Below are positions 1 to 14,207 of a stretch of DNA of 64,000 bases, one piece after another. Location: NCBI GenBank assembly GCA_964187785.1, contig OZ076409.1, forward strand, positions 97,652,001-97,716,000, read 5' to 3'. Position 1 is the first letter of the stretch, and every line of letters starts with the position of its first letter. The notes beneath the pieces are model-generated. The model was not told where the DNA came from. It saw nothing but the letters and a program-made list of their open reading frames with translations, and ran no database searches. Source of the DNA: Amphiscolops sp. MND2022. Its lineage: Eukaryota. The position numbers and the translations under genes are program-made.

Positions 1-599
1 ATTTTCCATCGTCGAGGTACCATAAGTTTGTTTTCGACTCTAAACTGTTAATCAGATCCTGAATTGAATCAGAAAATAAAGCTGGAGACTCAGGATTTCT
101 ATGCTGAGTCCCTTCACAAGATTTTATTACTGAATGAATCACCGTAAAGAAAGGAACTTTGTTTACAGTACGCCGAGTGTGAGTACTTATTCGGGTGTAT
201 TTCAAAAGTTTTCTCGAGCACAAAAGTCAGTTTATTGAAAACTCAGGAATTATATGAAACACAGAGTTATGGGGCTAGAAACATATGCACTCTTCTTGGT
301 ACTTGTTAAAAGGTTCGGTCGCAAAACGCTACAAACTGAAAGTTTTCAAAATAATGTGTGTCTCAAGGCATATTCCTCCGAACTGGACCGTGTAACATTT
401 GAAAAAAAAATACCTACAGTATCGTTACTACAATTGTATGTCTCATGAATATCACCTTGTAGTATCACGTATCGTGTGCTTCACGTGTATTCTTTGTATC
501 TGTCCGTTAAGTATCACATATCGTGTACTTCAAACCCGTTCCTAGATCTACCTTGGTAGCATCACGTATCATGTGCTCCAAGCATAAAATCATATTGTG

Positions 600-3500
600 A
601 ACGTGTCCGCCAACCTCAACTACCCCATTGAAGGATGAACATAAGACACGGGGATATCAATGCGACTCATGCCACCGCACTTTTCACGATGCACATGTAC
701 TCACATGCCCCCAACGTTTGTCAACAGGCTAAAATTGACAAAGTGTCTCGCCCAAAAGTGCCTAAAGAGAGCACGAGTGAAGACTTCATCGCCAGATGAG
801 ACGCCTGTAAGGCAGCCACACGCATAGCCGATGATGACGCCTCTTTACAGTTCCTCGAAATTTGTGAAGACAGTCAACACAGACAACCTCCATCGCTCCC
901 ACTCAAACATCGCCACTGCAAACGAGGTAGATGCTCCGGCAGCGTTAAAGATTCTAGCTGTGAGGGCTGAAAACGCTATGGTGAGCAGGATGACTCTCAT
1001 GACAATGACACAGGACAGAGAAGAAGGGTGTAAGGAAGTTTGCTGCTTGCTTACGAGGTCAAGCTAAGTTCTGCAAATTTACGAAAAACTGCTATCAGAA
1101 CCCATTTGAAGCAATCTTTCAATACACCGACAACATGATCCGTGACGCCCTCATTAGAGGACAGCGACATTCAGCAAGACGTACTGGGACGCAACGACCA
1201 AGACATGACTCTGGCGGCCACAATCAAGTTTATAGCGGCCAAAGAGGCTGGTGAACGATCACAAGAAACTCTCCAGATCCCTAATGCTGCGACAGTATCA
1301 TCGTATAAACAGCAGACAAAAACCAACGTGTAATCAAGTGCCGAAATTTCGAAACACCAAACCTGGTGCTGGCCTCGATACAGAGGGTAGGAAGGAGAAG
1401 TGCAAGGCCTGGAACAAAATTTGTTCAAAGTGTGACACAAAGAACTTCGACAACGTCCGCGGGTCTAAACATAAAAGTATCGGTGAAAACACAACGAAGG
1501 ATGTGGATGAATCCAACACTGTCTTCTTTCACAAATTGTGCAAAGGTCAACTCTCATAGCCTGCACGGTCATCTCTCATAAAACCGATCATCGGGTGGTC
1601 GTCCTTGACCACCACACTTTTCGACGACAGAAATTGATCACAAGACGGTCGCCGCAACAACCGACAGTTTATCTCAAAGCTCGTTCTCACACAAAAGACT
1701 ACGAGGAGCTGGGGTACCGCCTTCAGACACGGACACGCCAGATTACGATAGCCATGACGGCTGATACTGGTAGTCATTATGTCCCTGTTAGAATAAAAAT
1801 CCACAGACTGGATTTCAAAAATTCCGATCTCTCACCCGTGAAAATAAAAATGTCGGCGCTGAATCGTGACGTCACCTTCTTTCTCGGGGCGTTTATCCTA
1901 CGACTATCTGGAAATTCGAGGTCTGGCAAACATACAGCACACATATGCTGTCCCCGACGTGATAGAAGGTGCATACTTGATTTGGGAAGCTTGTACAACA
2001 TTGAGAAACATCCCGAGTGACTTCCCACGCATTGAATTAGCTACTCAGCAATTCAAGTTCAGCTGCAGCATTCCCACTCGATTAGGAATGCGACTGCTCC
2101 TACCCCATACGCACCAAGCCGCCACCATTATCAACTGCTCTACCATTCCCAGCAACTGACGCTAACCGGACCGCTCTCTGGAAATGGATTCTGGGCAGAT
2201 ACCGATTCCGCCCTTACATTATTTGCGAATGTCAAACACTCCCTCCAAAGGGGGCCCGCCGTTGGATCTCGACGTCGACCCCAAGACAGGGCCGATTGCA
2301 TTCCACAAACCCATTCCAGTCCCTCTACACTGGCAACAAAATATGACAAACTCGAGGTCCTGGAAGCTGTCTCAGTGAGCGAACTGGGTACGTAGTGCCA
2401 TCTAATGGTCACGGCTTGGAAGACGAACGGCAAGCCACGTCGCACAGTTGACATGCCGGCGCTCAACGAATATGGTCTCCGTGAAACACACCACACCCAA
2501 TCCCCGTTTCACCAGGCAACGAACGCTGGTACCTTCTGGGACCCAGAAGTTGATCACCAATGCTTAGAACTGGTATCACAGTGTGCCAATCCGAGAAAAC
2601 GAATGTCATCTCAGTACGTTCAAATTCCCCATGGGGTGGGTACCGATATGAAACCTGTCCACAGGGCTACGCTTCGTCAGAGGACGAGTACACCAGAAGA
2701 TTCTACGAGATTAACAAAAACTTTCCTAACAAAACCAAATCCATCGATAGCACATGCTTATGGCCAGACACTCTCGAAGAAAACTTTTTTCAAACATGTC
2801 GCTGGCTAGACATATCCGGTCGACACGGAATTGTGCAGAATCCCGAAAGTTTGTATTTGGCTGCGACACCGTAGAGTTTGCTGACTTCTTCATCACTCTG
2901 ACCGATATACTGCCCAGAGACGAAAATAACCGCGCAATCCGTGACTTTCCAACGTCAGAAATCATCACTGACATTCAATCTCGAGTCGTTTTCATCAACC
3001 AAGTGTCTTACTGTGATTCCCTTCGCAACGACATGCCACCTTTTCAAGAGCAACTCAAACTGTGTTAAATGTTTTTTGAGAGGATCGTCTACAACAAGTT
3101 TTTGATCAATCCAAGGCTGCTATAGTGAACAAATATAACCAGGATGTCCGGATATTCGACTCCAAACGTGTCACATGTCTTGCCACAAATTGGTCCAAGA
3201 AAAGCATCGGTTGCTGGCTCTTACAGAAGTACTGCACCTGTGAGAGCATCACTCCTATTTGTTGCTCAAGGGGATAGAAAATAGTGTTCGCGGTCAGCAG
3301 GTTCACACAACCAGCAGAATCAAGATGTGCTGCAATTGCAGAAGAAACCTTGACTGTGAATTAAGGATTGGAGTCCACCCGTCACTCGGTGTTCTTCGGG
3401 TGCGAGAAATTAGTGCTAAAATCTGACTACAAGCTGCTACCCGGGGTTCTTAAAAACCGGCTCCTCAGCGATGTCAAGAATGAAAGACCACTGTCACTCA

Positions 3501-5375
3501 AGAAGAAGACGCTGCCATACCGCTTCTCTATCATCGAAATACCCGGACAGAAACAAAAGACGCCAGATGCAAACTAGAGGAAACCCATTGGTGATGCTAA
3601 AGTGTTCCCTTGGATAGAGTTTTTGAGGAGTCGCACTCCCATCGCTTGTATTGAATCGCGTCTCCGCCTTCCTGAGGTCACTATGGCGTAGAAACCTGAA
3701 ACATCAGTTGATCTGGGAGAAAAAAATGGCGTTCCTCCGGCCACCAATCTCGGCGATATCCGCGCCGTTATATGGGCTGAGGTCCGAAAACACACCCTAC
3801 GCGACGAAATTCTACAAAGCCTCCGCAGAAATATCGAAGACAGCTTCCAGGGCAAAACCTCATGTATGGATCTTGCCCCAGGTGTACGCGAAGTTTTTCT
3901 ATATCAAGGGTGGACTCAGCACACTAGATGGAGTGATTTTATATAACAACAGGACTGCCAATCACCACTATCAGCACTGATCCTAGACACACTGCACTCT
4001 CAAGGTGTCTCCTGCATGATTCCAAGGGCGGAATCTAGTGTTTTTGGCCAGCCATTACACGCTGCTATTGAAAACATAAGGGCCCACTGCCAGTCATGCA
4101 ACGAGTGTGCGCCCAGTCAGCAGCATGGATCTTTCGCTTGCAGCTCAGAAACCGGTTTACCCTTTCCAGTGCATCAGTGCGAATTACTTTAAATAGAAGG
4201 GCTGCAATTACGTGGTGGTTGTGGACCACTGCACTTGTTGGCCGAATGTGCAGCAATGACGAGATGATTTTCGGGTCTTGTAAAATGCCTTCGCGAAAAG
4301 TTTGTAACATACGGCATTGCAAGCCAACTACCTTCAAATGATGGACCTGAATTTACGGCCCAAGAGACACAACAAACGGTCGCGCCGAGCTCGGGGTCAA
4401 AACCTGCTACCGCAAGCTTCTAGACAACACTTGCCAGAACAGCGAGATCAGCCTCGACAGATTTCAAAGAGGCATGCTTCAATACCGCAACACCGCCGAC
4501 CGCGATAACGATTTATTCCCAGCACAGATGATCTTTGAACGACTCACAAAGGACTTCATCCCCTTTCCGGCCTGTTTGTAAAGACCTCACAATACCTGGA
4601 TAGTAACTAGCGGGCCAGGGAAGAAGCAATTTGTGCTAGAAACGTCAGAATTACCGAACGCCTCACCAAACAGACGGTACGTTTGCAACCCCTTGAAGTT
4701 AGCGACCGGGTCTTTATCCAGAACCATACAGGTAACCACCCACTAGGATGGGATTGAACCGGCCGAGTGATTGAGGTGAAACAGTTCAACCAGTATGCCG
4801 TCAGAGTGGATGACTCGGGTAGGGTTACTCTCCGGAATCGGTAAATTCTACGTAAGTTCGACAAGATCATTGTGGACCGCATACCTGGTACTACCCGCAC
4901 CATCTAGCCTTTAAAACTACCAACAACGCCGGGAATCTGTCTCCGACGTATCAACGAACCAACCCAGGAGAACAGGCCCAAGATCCACCTACAGCAAAGC
5001 CGCAAACATCGCAACCGGAAACAAAGCGTCACTTTTTGACTCATTCACAGTACACACAACGCCGCCTGAGACACCGGCGGTTACAATTAAAACCCCACTC
5101 AAGTACAAGTGCCCTCCAGAAGAGACCCAAAGAAATGACAACGCGCATTTGATGGACAGAGACATCAAGCCCCACATCACTTCTGCTGGATTACCCGACA
5201 AGGAGTCCCTCCAGAAGAGACCCAAAGAAATGACAACGCGCATTTGATGGACAGAGACATCAAGCCCCACATCACTTCTGCTGGATTACCCGACAAGGAG
5301 TTGTGACAAACCTATTCGAGTCTGACAGGCCTCCCCGATCTACTACGAATAGTTCCGACTGAAGGCGGAGGGAGA
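600..5375 (+). mobile_element. Degenerate Ty3/gypsy LTR retrotransposon (gag-pol remnant, many stops/frameshifts)
   Basis: Fragments in order: Zn-knuckle remnant (CKAWNKICSKC ~1400), protease (ADTGS ~1760), RT (GKPRRTVDM, CPQGYASSEDEYTRRF, FGCDTVEFADF), RNase H-like (SDYKLL...IPGQKQKTPDA), integrase-like DGPEF at ~4340. Purine tract GAAGGCGGAGGGAGA (5361-5375) is followed by TGT. No matching LTR pair found; boundaries approximate. Confidence 0.85.
5112..5301 (+). repeat. Perfect 95-bp tandem duplication
   Basis: CCCTCCAGAAGAGACCC...GACAAGGAGT at 5112-5206 and 5207-5301. Confidence 0.95.
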
Positions 5376-5699
5376 TGTACAATGTCATAAACTCTTTTAT
5401 AATAGAAGAATGAAGTAAATAGTTATATTTCCGAAGTATCATTTTATGTCAGATGATCCTTTTATGGAATAGATGTTTTAATGACGCTGTTTCTACAAAT
5501 AGAGGTATCTATATCAGCAAAACCTTCGAAGTGACCAAAAATGTTTTTCGATGATAGAGTGTTAGGTATTAGTTCAATGAGAGCAGGCGTCACAAAGTGA
5601 CGGAGATTGCAACCGTTCAAGAAGAAGCGCTCTTCTTCTTGGTTGAATTGTGGCTACAAGTTGTGGAGCTGCTCGGTCTAGTTGCACAGGTCCTCACAC

Positions 5700-8045
5700 T
5701 TATCCTTCAAAATGTCCCACTGAAAAACATGCAACATAAAATCAGCTCAAAAGACTTTGTGTACCACTGTATTGCACGTGGAACTAAAATGCCTCTGCCC
5801 ACGACCTGCATATGTCTATCAAACGTGGGAATGAATGGCACAATGTCACCTTCTTATGCGACGACAATGTCGAATTTAACCAAATATTGAAACATTGGAA
5901 CCAACCAATGTAGTAACAAACTCAATGAAAAACTCGATAGTCTACAGAGGAGTATTGAACGCTCTACAAAAACTAGTTCCAAAAAAGCTTTCGATAAAAA
6001 ATGAAAGTCGCCTTGAAGAAATTTTTGCTGCTCTGATTGAAAAAAAAGATTGAACAAAAAATCAATGCCATTCCAAAAAAATGACTCGAAGGAAAAGTCT
6101 GAGAAACATCACAATCAAGCCTTCGAGTACGGGGTCTACCTGAAGATCTGACCAAAAGTAAACAAAGAAAGCTATCTTGGCAAACAAAAATTGAAGAAGA
6201 AATGAACGAAATAGGAGTTGAAGTCAAACTTGACAAAGTTCAGAGACCAGGGATATTTAACAGAGAACGGAGTAATCCAAAAAACACAATTGTCACACCG
6301 AGCAATGATTGGGACATACGAAGCAATCTGGCCAAGTGCTCTGAAAAATGAACAAGAAAAAGGGAGATGGCCACCTCCTTCCCGCATAGTCAGCCGAAGA
6401 CGCGAAACGGGAAAAATTGTGACTGAAAAACGGCGAGAACTCTCGAATAACGGCATTCTGCCATTGCAGCTGAGAGCAAGGAAACTGGAATTATTTATGG
6501 ACGACAAAAAAAGTTGAATTGAAAAGTATTCAGTCCACAGAGACTGCTCGACTATCAAAATTACATTCCCTACTACCTAAGAGAAGACGTTTGAGTGATA
6601 CCAAAACAAGAATGAAAATAGCAACTGCTATTAGTGTGAGCCTTGCCGTGGACTGTTTGACAGGAACATGGCGCGTTGCAAAAGTGAACGATGCTGAATT
6701 ACTTCTCAATAGCTGGAAGATCTTCCGTAATGAGAGAGCCCAGGATTACCGATGCGTCGAATCATGGCGAAGTACTAATTGTTATCAACAAACACATTCC
6801 GGCTTCAAAATTGAACATCAAATTTCCAATGTGTTGAGTAGCAGTACTGGTTCAATTAGAAACGTCAATTATTATATGCACTTTTTATAATCTTCCGATA
6901 AAGAGTCTATGTAGATACACAATTGCCGCGTTTACATACTTTCCTAGTTTTTTGCTACCTAACACGCACACTTCGTTTCTTCTATCCCATGATATCAGTT
7001 TTCCCACACTAATTGGAACAAAAATCAGAGCACGTATTTGGAAGGAAATGATATGCTAAACATATTGATACAGCTTAAAAGTGAACAGGTTGTAGTTGTT
7101 CCTTGATGTGGCAGAAATACCCTAGACGAAGTTTATGCCCATATTATCTGCCAGAAACCTATGTGGACACTAGGTTTGAAAAAAATTCTAACTATTTTTC
7201 TAAATTCGACTAACTAAATTCTAACTAAAAAATTCGACAACTCTAACTATGAGCCGACAGCTATGGAAATTAACTTGAATTCATTAATGAAAAAGCCAAT
7301 ATATGAGTGCTAGTACAGTTTTGGATCAGCTGAATACACTGCTTCTCAAGAATATATGAGAACACACCCATTTCAACCAGTGTGTCACACCTACGTCGTC
7401 AGGACGAATATTGAATATAATGATTACTGTAATTGTATTGTTGGTCATTTTGTACCAAGAAAAACAAGACATCGACAGAGCTTATCAAATTGGTACTGCT
7501 CGAACACCTCCAACCTTTTGAAATGCAACCAATCTCAGCCTGGGCAGTAAAAGCGAAACCGACATCATTCGGAAAAACAGTTAATGGAGCTGGAAATGCA
7601 GGAAAAAAGTTAATGGAGCTGGAAAAAACTTTACTAGAAGAAGCTGAACGTGACAAATCAGAAAATCAGAAGGTAATCATTTTGAACTAAAAAACTTAAC
7701 TTCGACTCCAGTATTTCAAATCTTTGAAACAAAACTGTGACCGTTCCATTTATTTTAAGCCTTGGTGAGGAAACTGCTTCGAAAGTTCAGGAGAAGGTTG
7801 AGCTATCCAACCAATACTTCTATTCGATATATTCTCTCAACTCGCCTGCAAAGGCAGAAACGTTTAATCCGAAACACAACCAAGTGCATACACTCTCAAA
7901 TTTTACCAAATCAAAGAAATTATCTGAGTGATTTTTGAGATGCAGATATTACCAAATCTAGAGGACCAGAAGCAATACCTCTTTTATCTTTGCAAAAGTT
8001 GGCTGAACCAATGTGTCACGCCCTGCATTTGATCTTTGAAACGAG
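5700..8045 (+). mobile_element. Degenerate non-LTR retrotransposon (LINE, CR1/L2-like): ORF1 and endonuclease/early RT remnants
   Basis: ORF1-like remnant (LRVRGLPED at ~6120). APE-like remnants (CLTGTW, WKIFRNER, HGEVLIVI). Pre-RT motif KSRGPEAI..L.LQKLAEP at ~7955-8010. Boundaries approximate. Confidence 0.7.
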
Positions 8046-9196
8046 TGTAAATATCTCATCACGACAGAGCTGTTCCAAACTTGTTAGAACCGTGCACTTC
8101 GGTATACTCAAAACTTGTCGTCAAGAAAACAGCATAGAACCAAGCAACGAATTAAAACAATTCTCTAAAACTTTTTATGAAGGGCTTTTGGCTAGGATGT
8201 GCTGTGAGCTCAAACCCTCCTATGCAGGGTCAATGACCAGTTCCCTGATCAAAAAAAGACACGATTCTCACTGCATTGTTCCCAAAAAATTCCCCGTGTT
8301 AAAAATGAAACATGTACACATCAGGAACTTACCCATTAAATGACTGCAGCAATGGAGTTTTCAACTGAGTTCATTTTTTGTTCAAAACTAATAAAAATCA
8401 GTCAAGGTTTGAGCTTCTAAACAGAGCTAAGCTGAGCTTTCGTCTGATGTAGTTAACAGTGTCAGAGTATGAATCGCTGATTCTTTCGGATAGTCGCTGC
8501 GTTGTTTTCTGAGTGGAAGAAGCAGCGCGTCCAATGCAGGAGAACCCGAGCGAAGCAAAACGGGTATGTTCAACGTTGTGTATTCTCCATTAGTTTTTCA
8601 TTTTTCAGACTGTCATGACATTTGTTTGTACGAATCGTTGAGCGTTTTGGAGGTTTTGGCCAAAGGATGGAGGATTTTGACATCGGAACGAAAATTAGCG
8701 AGTAAAGCGATGACCCCCGAGTCAATCTGCTTTCATTCAGAACGATATCGTCTTTTGCCGTGGTATTATTGTTGTCAAATTTCTAACCTTGCAAAGATTG
8801 AAGAGTTGATTCGGTTTCGGCGTCAAAACAATCTTCGTTCATTTTTTTTCACAAATGTGTCTCTGATATGATCGCGGAGAATGTGAGCGTAGCCCACATC
8901 GTGGGCAGCTGAGCAGTGGACAATTGAGAAGTTCTCGCCACAAGGACATTTTTTTCGTCTGCTGTAGCACCTTATGCGTGTTTGACGACCCTTTTCTGAA
9001 GCGAACTTCAAGACTATTTTCTCATTGCCATTCGAAAATTCTCAATACCTTCCTAATTTACCTTTTTGAGTTTTTGAGCTTTTCTACGTTCGAATTGTCG
9101 TAATATTCCTTTCTGCATCGCTAACTAGCCTTTCAAGTAATTTTCATCCAGGTGTTGAGATATATCCTTGGACTATGGAGGACATTGCCATAACCT

Positions 9197-9690
9197 CGAC
9201 AGTGCTTTTGTCCCCAAATGAAGACAGCGATTTTTTTCACTATCAATAATAAATTACGAAACGCAAAAAGCATATAGGAAAACGAAATTTTGTTTTTCTA
9301 ATCAACAATCTATTGGACTACCTGGGGCGAATTGTTATTTGTGTCAATAGAGTTTGTTTTCCGAACCATCGGCAAAAAGGTAACTAGAAAAAAGTGAAAA
9401 TTTTCAAAAAAATACTATTCAGAAAATCAACTTTTTCTCAATACGACAGCAACTGTTTGCTAAGTTACTGTCACACGCCACTAAGCAACTGTTTGCTAAG
9501 TTACTGTGGCGCCAACTCCCAGCCTAACAAGTGCAAGCTATAGTGAACTCCATTTGAAGCTTAGGTAAAGGGCTTTCAGGAGCAGAAAACCGATTTGAGC
9601 TGTCGCTATTATTCGTGGAGAAATTAGGCTTTGAATTTTTTTCCTTTTTTTGTCGCTTTTTCAACTTCTCGGTGTACTGTCGAGGTTAAG
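9197..9690 (+). repeat. Non-autonomous dispersed repeat, short form lacking the internal 172-bp array
   Basis: 9197-9290 matches 40718-40810 (GTCCCCAAATGA...GCATATAGGAAAACGAAATTT); 9303-9690 matches 41760-42167. Confidence 0.8.
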
Positions 9691-10123
9691 TTTCGTGATT
9701 CCAGGTCACTCATTTTCAGCGGCATAGAGCACAGATCTCAGTCTCGATACCAAATACTTTGTTGTTGTCCAAAAGTGCCGGGCAAATTTTTTGCCCTTAA
9801 AATATTTCTATTTCGATGAAGGTTTCGCCAAGGTTGAGTGTTGTACGATAGAAGAACGCAAGTTTCTCCTGAACGCCTTGGTCAGTTAAGCGCTGTTGTG
9901 AAAGTGTATGAGCAGTATAATTATGGATATGTGTCTAGCTAGCACTTATTACTCGTTGGACCAGTTTCAGTTTATGTCCACTGGACGACTGCCCAACCCG
10001 GGCCGATTAATGTTGAAAAAGTTTCCTCTTTTGACGAACCATCAGAGCAACAACCTTCATCTATTAGTAGATAGAACTGAAAACCTTGGGAACTTCACCA
10101 TGACTAAAATAATAAACTAGCTG

Positions 10124-13100
10124 TCCGTGAAACACACCACACCCAATCCCCGTTTCACCAAGCAACGAACGCTGGTACCTTCTGGGACCAAGAAGATGAT
10201 CACCGATGCTTCGAACGGAAATCACAGTGTGCCAATCCGAGAAAACGGATGCCATCTCAGTACGTTCAAACTCCCCATGGGGTGGGTACCGATATGAAAC
10301 CTGTCCACAGGGCTACGCTTCGTCAGAGGACGAGTACACCAGAAGATTCTACGAGATTAACAAAGATTTTCCCAACAAAACCAAATCCATCGATAGCACA
10401 TGCTTATGGCCAGACACTCTCGAAGAAAGCTTTTTTCAAACATGTCGCTGGCTGGACATATCCGGTCGACACGGAATTGTGCAGAATCCCGAAAGTTTGC
10501 ATTTGGCTGCGATACCGTGGAGTTTGCTGACTTTTTCATCACCCTGACCAAAATCCTGCCCAGCGACAAAAATAACCGCGCAATCCGTGACTTTCCCACG
10601 TCAGAAAACATCATTGACATTCCACGTCGATTCGTTCTCATCAACCAAGTGTGTTACTGCGATTCCCTTTGCAACGACATGGCACCTTTCCAAGAGCAAC
10701 TCAAATCATCGTAAACGTTCTTTTGAGATGATCATCAACAATAAGTTTTTGAGCAATCCAAGGCTGCTATAATGAACAAAATTACCGAGGGTGTCCGGAT
10801 AATTGACTCCAAACGTGTCACAGGTCTCGCAAGTATCGGTTTCTGTCTCTTAAAGAAGTACTCCACCTGTGAGAGCATCTCTCTTATCTGTTGCTCAAGG
10901 GGATAGGAAATAGTGTTCGCGGTTAGCAGGTTCACACACCCAGCAGAATCAAGATATGCTCCAATTGAAGGGGAAGCATTGGCTGTGAATTACGGATTGG
11001 AATCCACCCGTCACTCGGGGTCACTCGGGTACGAGAATTTAGTGCTAACTACTACTGACCACAAGTCCTACTCGGGGTTCTTAACAACTGGCTCCTCGGC
11101 AATATCAAGAATGAAAGACCACTGTCACTCAAGGAGAAGACGCTGCCATAACGCTTCTCTATCATTGATATACCCGGACAGAAACAAAAGACACGAATCA
11201 ATCTGGCGAAGTGATCTGAAAAACGAACAAGAATGAAGGAGATGGGTATACACATTCTTCCCGCACAATCAGCCGAAGACGCGAAACGGGAAAAACTGTG
11301 CCTAAAAAATGGCGAGATCTCTCGTGTAACGGCATTCTGCCATCGCAGCTGAAAACAAGGAAATTGGAATTTTTTATGGACAACAAAAAGTTGAATTGGA
11401 AAGTATTCAGTCGACAGAGACTGCTTGACTATCAAAACTACATTCCCTACTGTCTAAGAGAAGACGTTTGATCGATACCAAAAGAAGAATGAAAATAGCA
11501 ACTGCTATCAGTGTGAGCCTTGCCGTGGCACTGTTTGACAGAAACAGGGCGCGTTGAAAATGTGAATGATGCTGAGTTATTTCTCAAAAGCTTGAAAATC
11601 GTTCGTAATGAGAGAGCCCAAGATTACCGGTGCGTCTAATCATGACGAAGTACTAATTGTTATCAACAAACACATTCCGGCTTCATAATTGAACATCAAA
11701 TTTCCAATATGTTGAGTAGCAGTACTCGTTCAAATAGAAACGTTATTTATTATATGCACTTTTCATAATCTCCCAACAAACCATGTAGACACACAATTGC
11801 CCCGTTTATTTACTTTCCTAGTTTTTTGGTACCTCACATGCACACGTCGCTTCTACTATGCCGTGATATCAATTTTGCCCGCACTAACTGAAACAAAAAT
11901 CAGAGCACGTTTTTCGAAGGAAATCATATGCTAAACATATTGAAACAGCAAAAATGTGAACGGGATGTAGGTGTTCCCATATGTGGCAGAAATACCCTAG
12001 ACGTAGTATATGCCCAAATTATCTCCGCAGAAAGGTTCAAAAAAATTTATGACAACTCTAACTATGAGCAGACAGCTATGGAAATTAACTTGATTTCATT
12101 AAAGAAAAAGCCAATATATGAATGCTACTATAGTTTCAGATCAGCTGATTACGATGCTTCTCAAGAACATATAAGAACACACCCATTCCAACCAATGTGT
12201 CATACCTACGTCGTCATGATGAATATTGAATATATGAGTACTATAATTGTATTGTAGGTCAACTTGTACCAAGAAAAGCAAAACATCGACAGAGTGTACC
12301 AAGTTGGTACTCCTCGAACACCTCCAACCTTTTGAAATGCAACCAATGCGTGGGCAGTAAAAGCGAAACCGACATCATTCGGAGAACAGTTGATGGAGCT
12401 GGAAATGCAGGAAACAAGTTAATGAAGCTGGAAAAGACTTTACTAGAAGAAGCTGACTGTGACAAACCGTAAAATCAGAAGGAAATAATTTTGAACTAAA
12501 AAACTAAATTTCTATTCCATTATTTCAAATCTATGAAAAAAACTGACCATTCCATTTATATTAGGCCTTGGTGAGGAAAGTGCCTCAAATGTTCGGGAGA
12601 AGGTTGAGCTATCCAACTGATACTTCTATTTGGTATACTCTCTCAACTCTCCTGCAAAGTCAGAAATTTTTAATCCGAAATACAACCAAGAGCATACACT
12701 CACAAACTTTACCATATCAAAAAAATTATCAGATTGATTCTTGAGAATGCAGATATTACCAAATCTAGAGGACCAGAAGCAATACATCCTTTATCATTGC
12801 AAAAGTTGGCTGAACCAATGAGTCACGCCCTGCATTTGATCTTTAAAATGAGTGTAAATATCTCATCACGACAGAGCTGTTCCAAACGTGATAGAACCGT
12901 GCACTTCGGTATACTCAGTACTTGTCGTCAAGAAAACAGCATAGAACCAAGCAAGGATTTAAAACAATTCTCTAAGACTTTTTATGAAGGGCTTTTGGCT
13001 AGGATGTGCTGTAAGCTGAAACCCTCCTATGCAGGGCCAATGACCAGTTCCCTGATCAAAAAAAGACACGATTTCTCACCGCAATGTACCCAAAAAATTC

Positions 13101-13748
13101 CCCGTGTTAAAAATGAAACATGTACACATCAGGAACTTACCCATTAAATGACTGCAGCAATGGAGTTTTCAACTGAGTTCATTTTTTGTTCAAAACTAAT
13201 AAAAATCAGTCAAGGTTTGAGCTTCTAAACAGAGCTAAGCTGAGCTTTCGTCTGATGTAGTTAACATTGTCAGAGTATGAATCGCTGATTCTTTCGGATA
13301 GTCGCTGCGTTGTTTTCTGAGTGGAAGAAGCAGCGCCTCCAATGCAGGAGAAACCTAGCGAAGCGAAACGGGTTTGTTCAACGTTCTGTATTCTCCATTA
13401 GTTTTTCTTTTTCAGACTGTCATGACATTTGTTTGTATGAATCGTTGAGCGTTTTGGAGGTTTTGGCCAAGGGATGGAGGATTTTGACATCGGAACGAAA
13501 AATAGCGAGTAAAGCGATGACCCAGTGTCAATCTGGTTTCATTCAGAACGATATCGTCTTTTGCCGTGGTATTATTATTGTCAAATTTCTAACTTTGCAA
13601 AGATTGAAGAGTTGATTCGGTTTCGGCGTCAAAACAATCTTCGTTCTTTTTTTTTCACAAATGTGTCTGTGATATGATCGCGGAGAATGTGAGCGTAGCC
13701 CACATCGTGGGCAGCTGAGCAGCGGACAATTAAAAGTTCTCGCCACAG
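10124..13748 (+). repeat. Diverged duplicate of 2478-8945 with an internal deletion (gypsy pol fragment fused to LINE fragment)
   Basis: 10124-~11191 matches 2478-~3560; ~11192-13748 matches ~6315-8945. Paralogous ORF translations are visible in the ORF track (2560 vs 10206; 7990 vs 12734; 8566 vs 13310). Confidence 0.9.
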
Positions 13749-14207
13749 GGATAACGACGTTCAGCGCATAGGGGGACGATTTCTTAATCACAGTATTGTA
13801 GCTTGCAAAATTTCAACGCTTTGAATATTCGACGCTTTGGGAATCCGCCATTTTGGATTTTAGAACCAAAATACTTCCAAAAGAATACCGTGATTTCAGG
13901 TGCTTTCCATCATTTAACATGACTGTAGATCTTATTACACCTGGAGACTACAGTGATTCCAAATCACAGTGGTTCATCAAAGTTGTGATTTTAGATCTTA
14001 TATCACCAGAAGACAGTGATTTCAGTAACTTTTTCGGTACTTGCTGTTCGAAACATAGTTTAGACAATGTGAACACTACCGCGGTTGTTTTTCGAGCGCC
14101 AAAAATACGAGTAAAGTGCACAGCTTGTTTATGGTGGTAGTTGATATTGATTGAAAAAGCAATATAGCGGCGCCCTCGTACCAACCTCAAATTTTGAAAA
14201 GACGTTT

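Noticed and set aside
391..560. 5' LTR and PBS (TGGTAGCA) for the left gypsy remnant
   Set aside because: Sequence after the purine tract at 5376 does not match, so no LTR pair or TSD can be supported.
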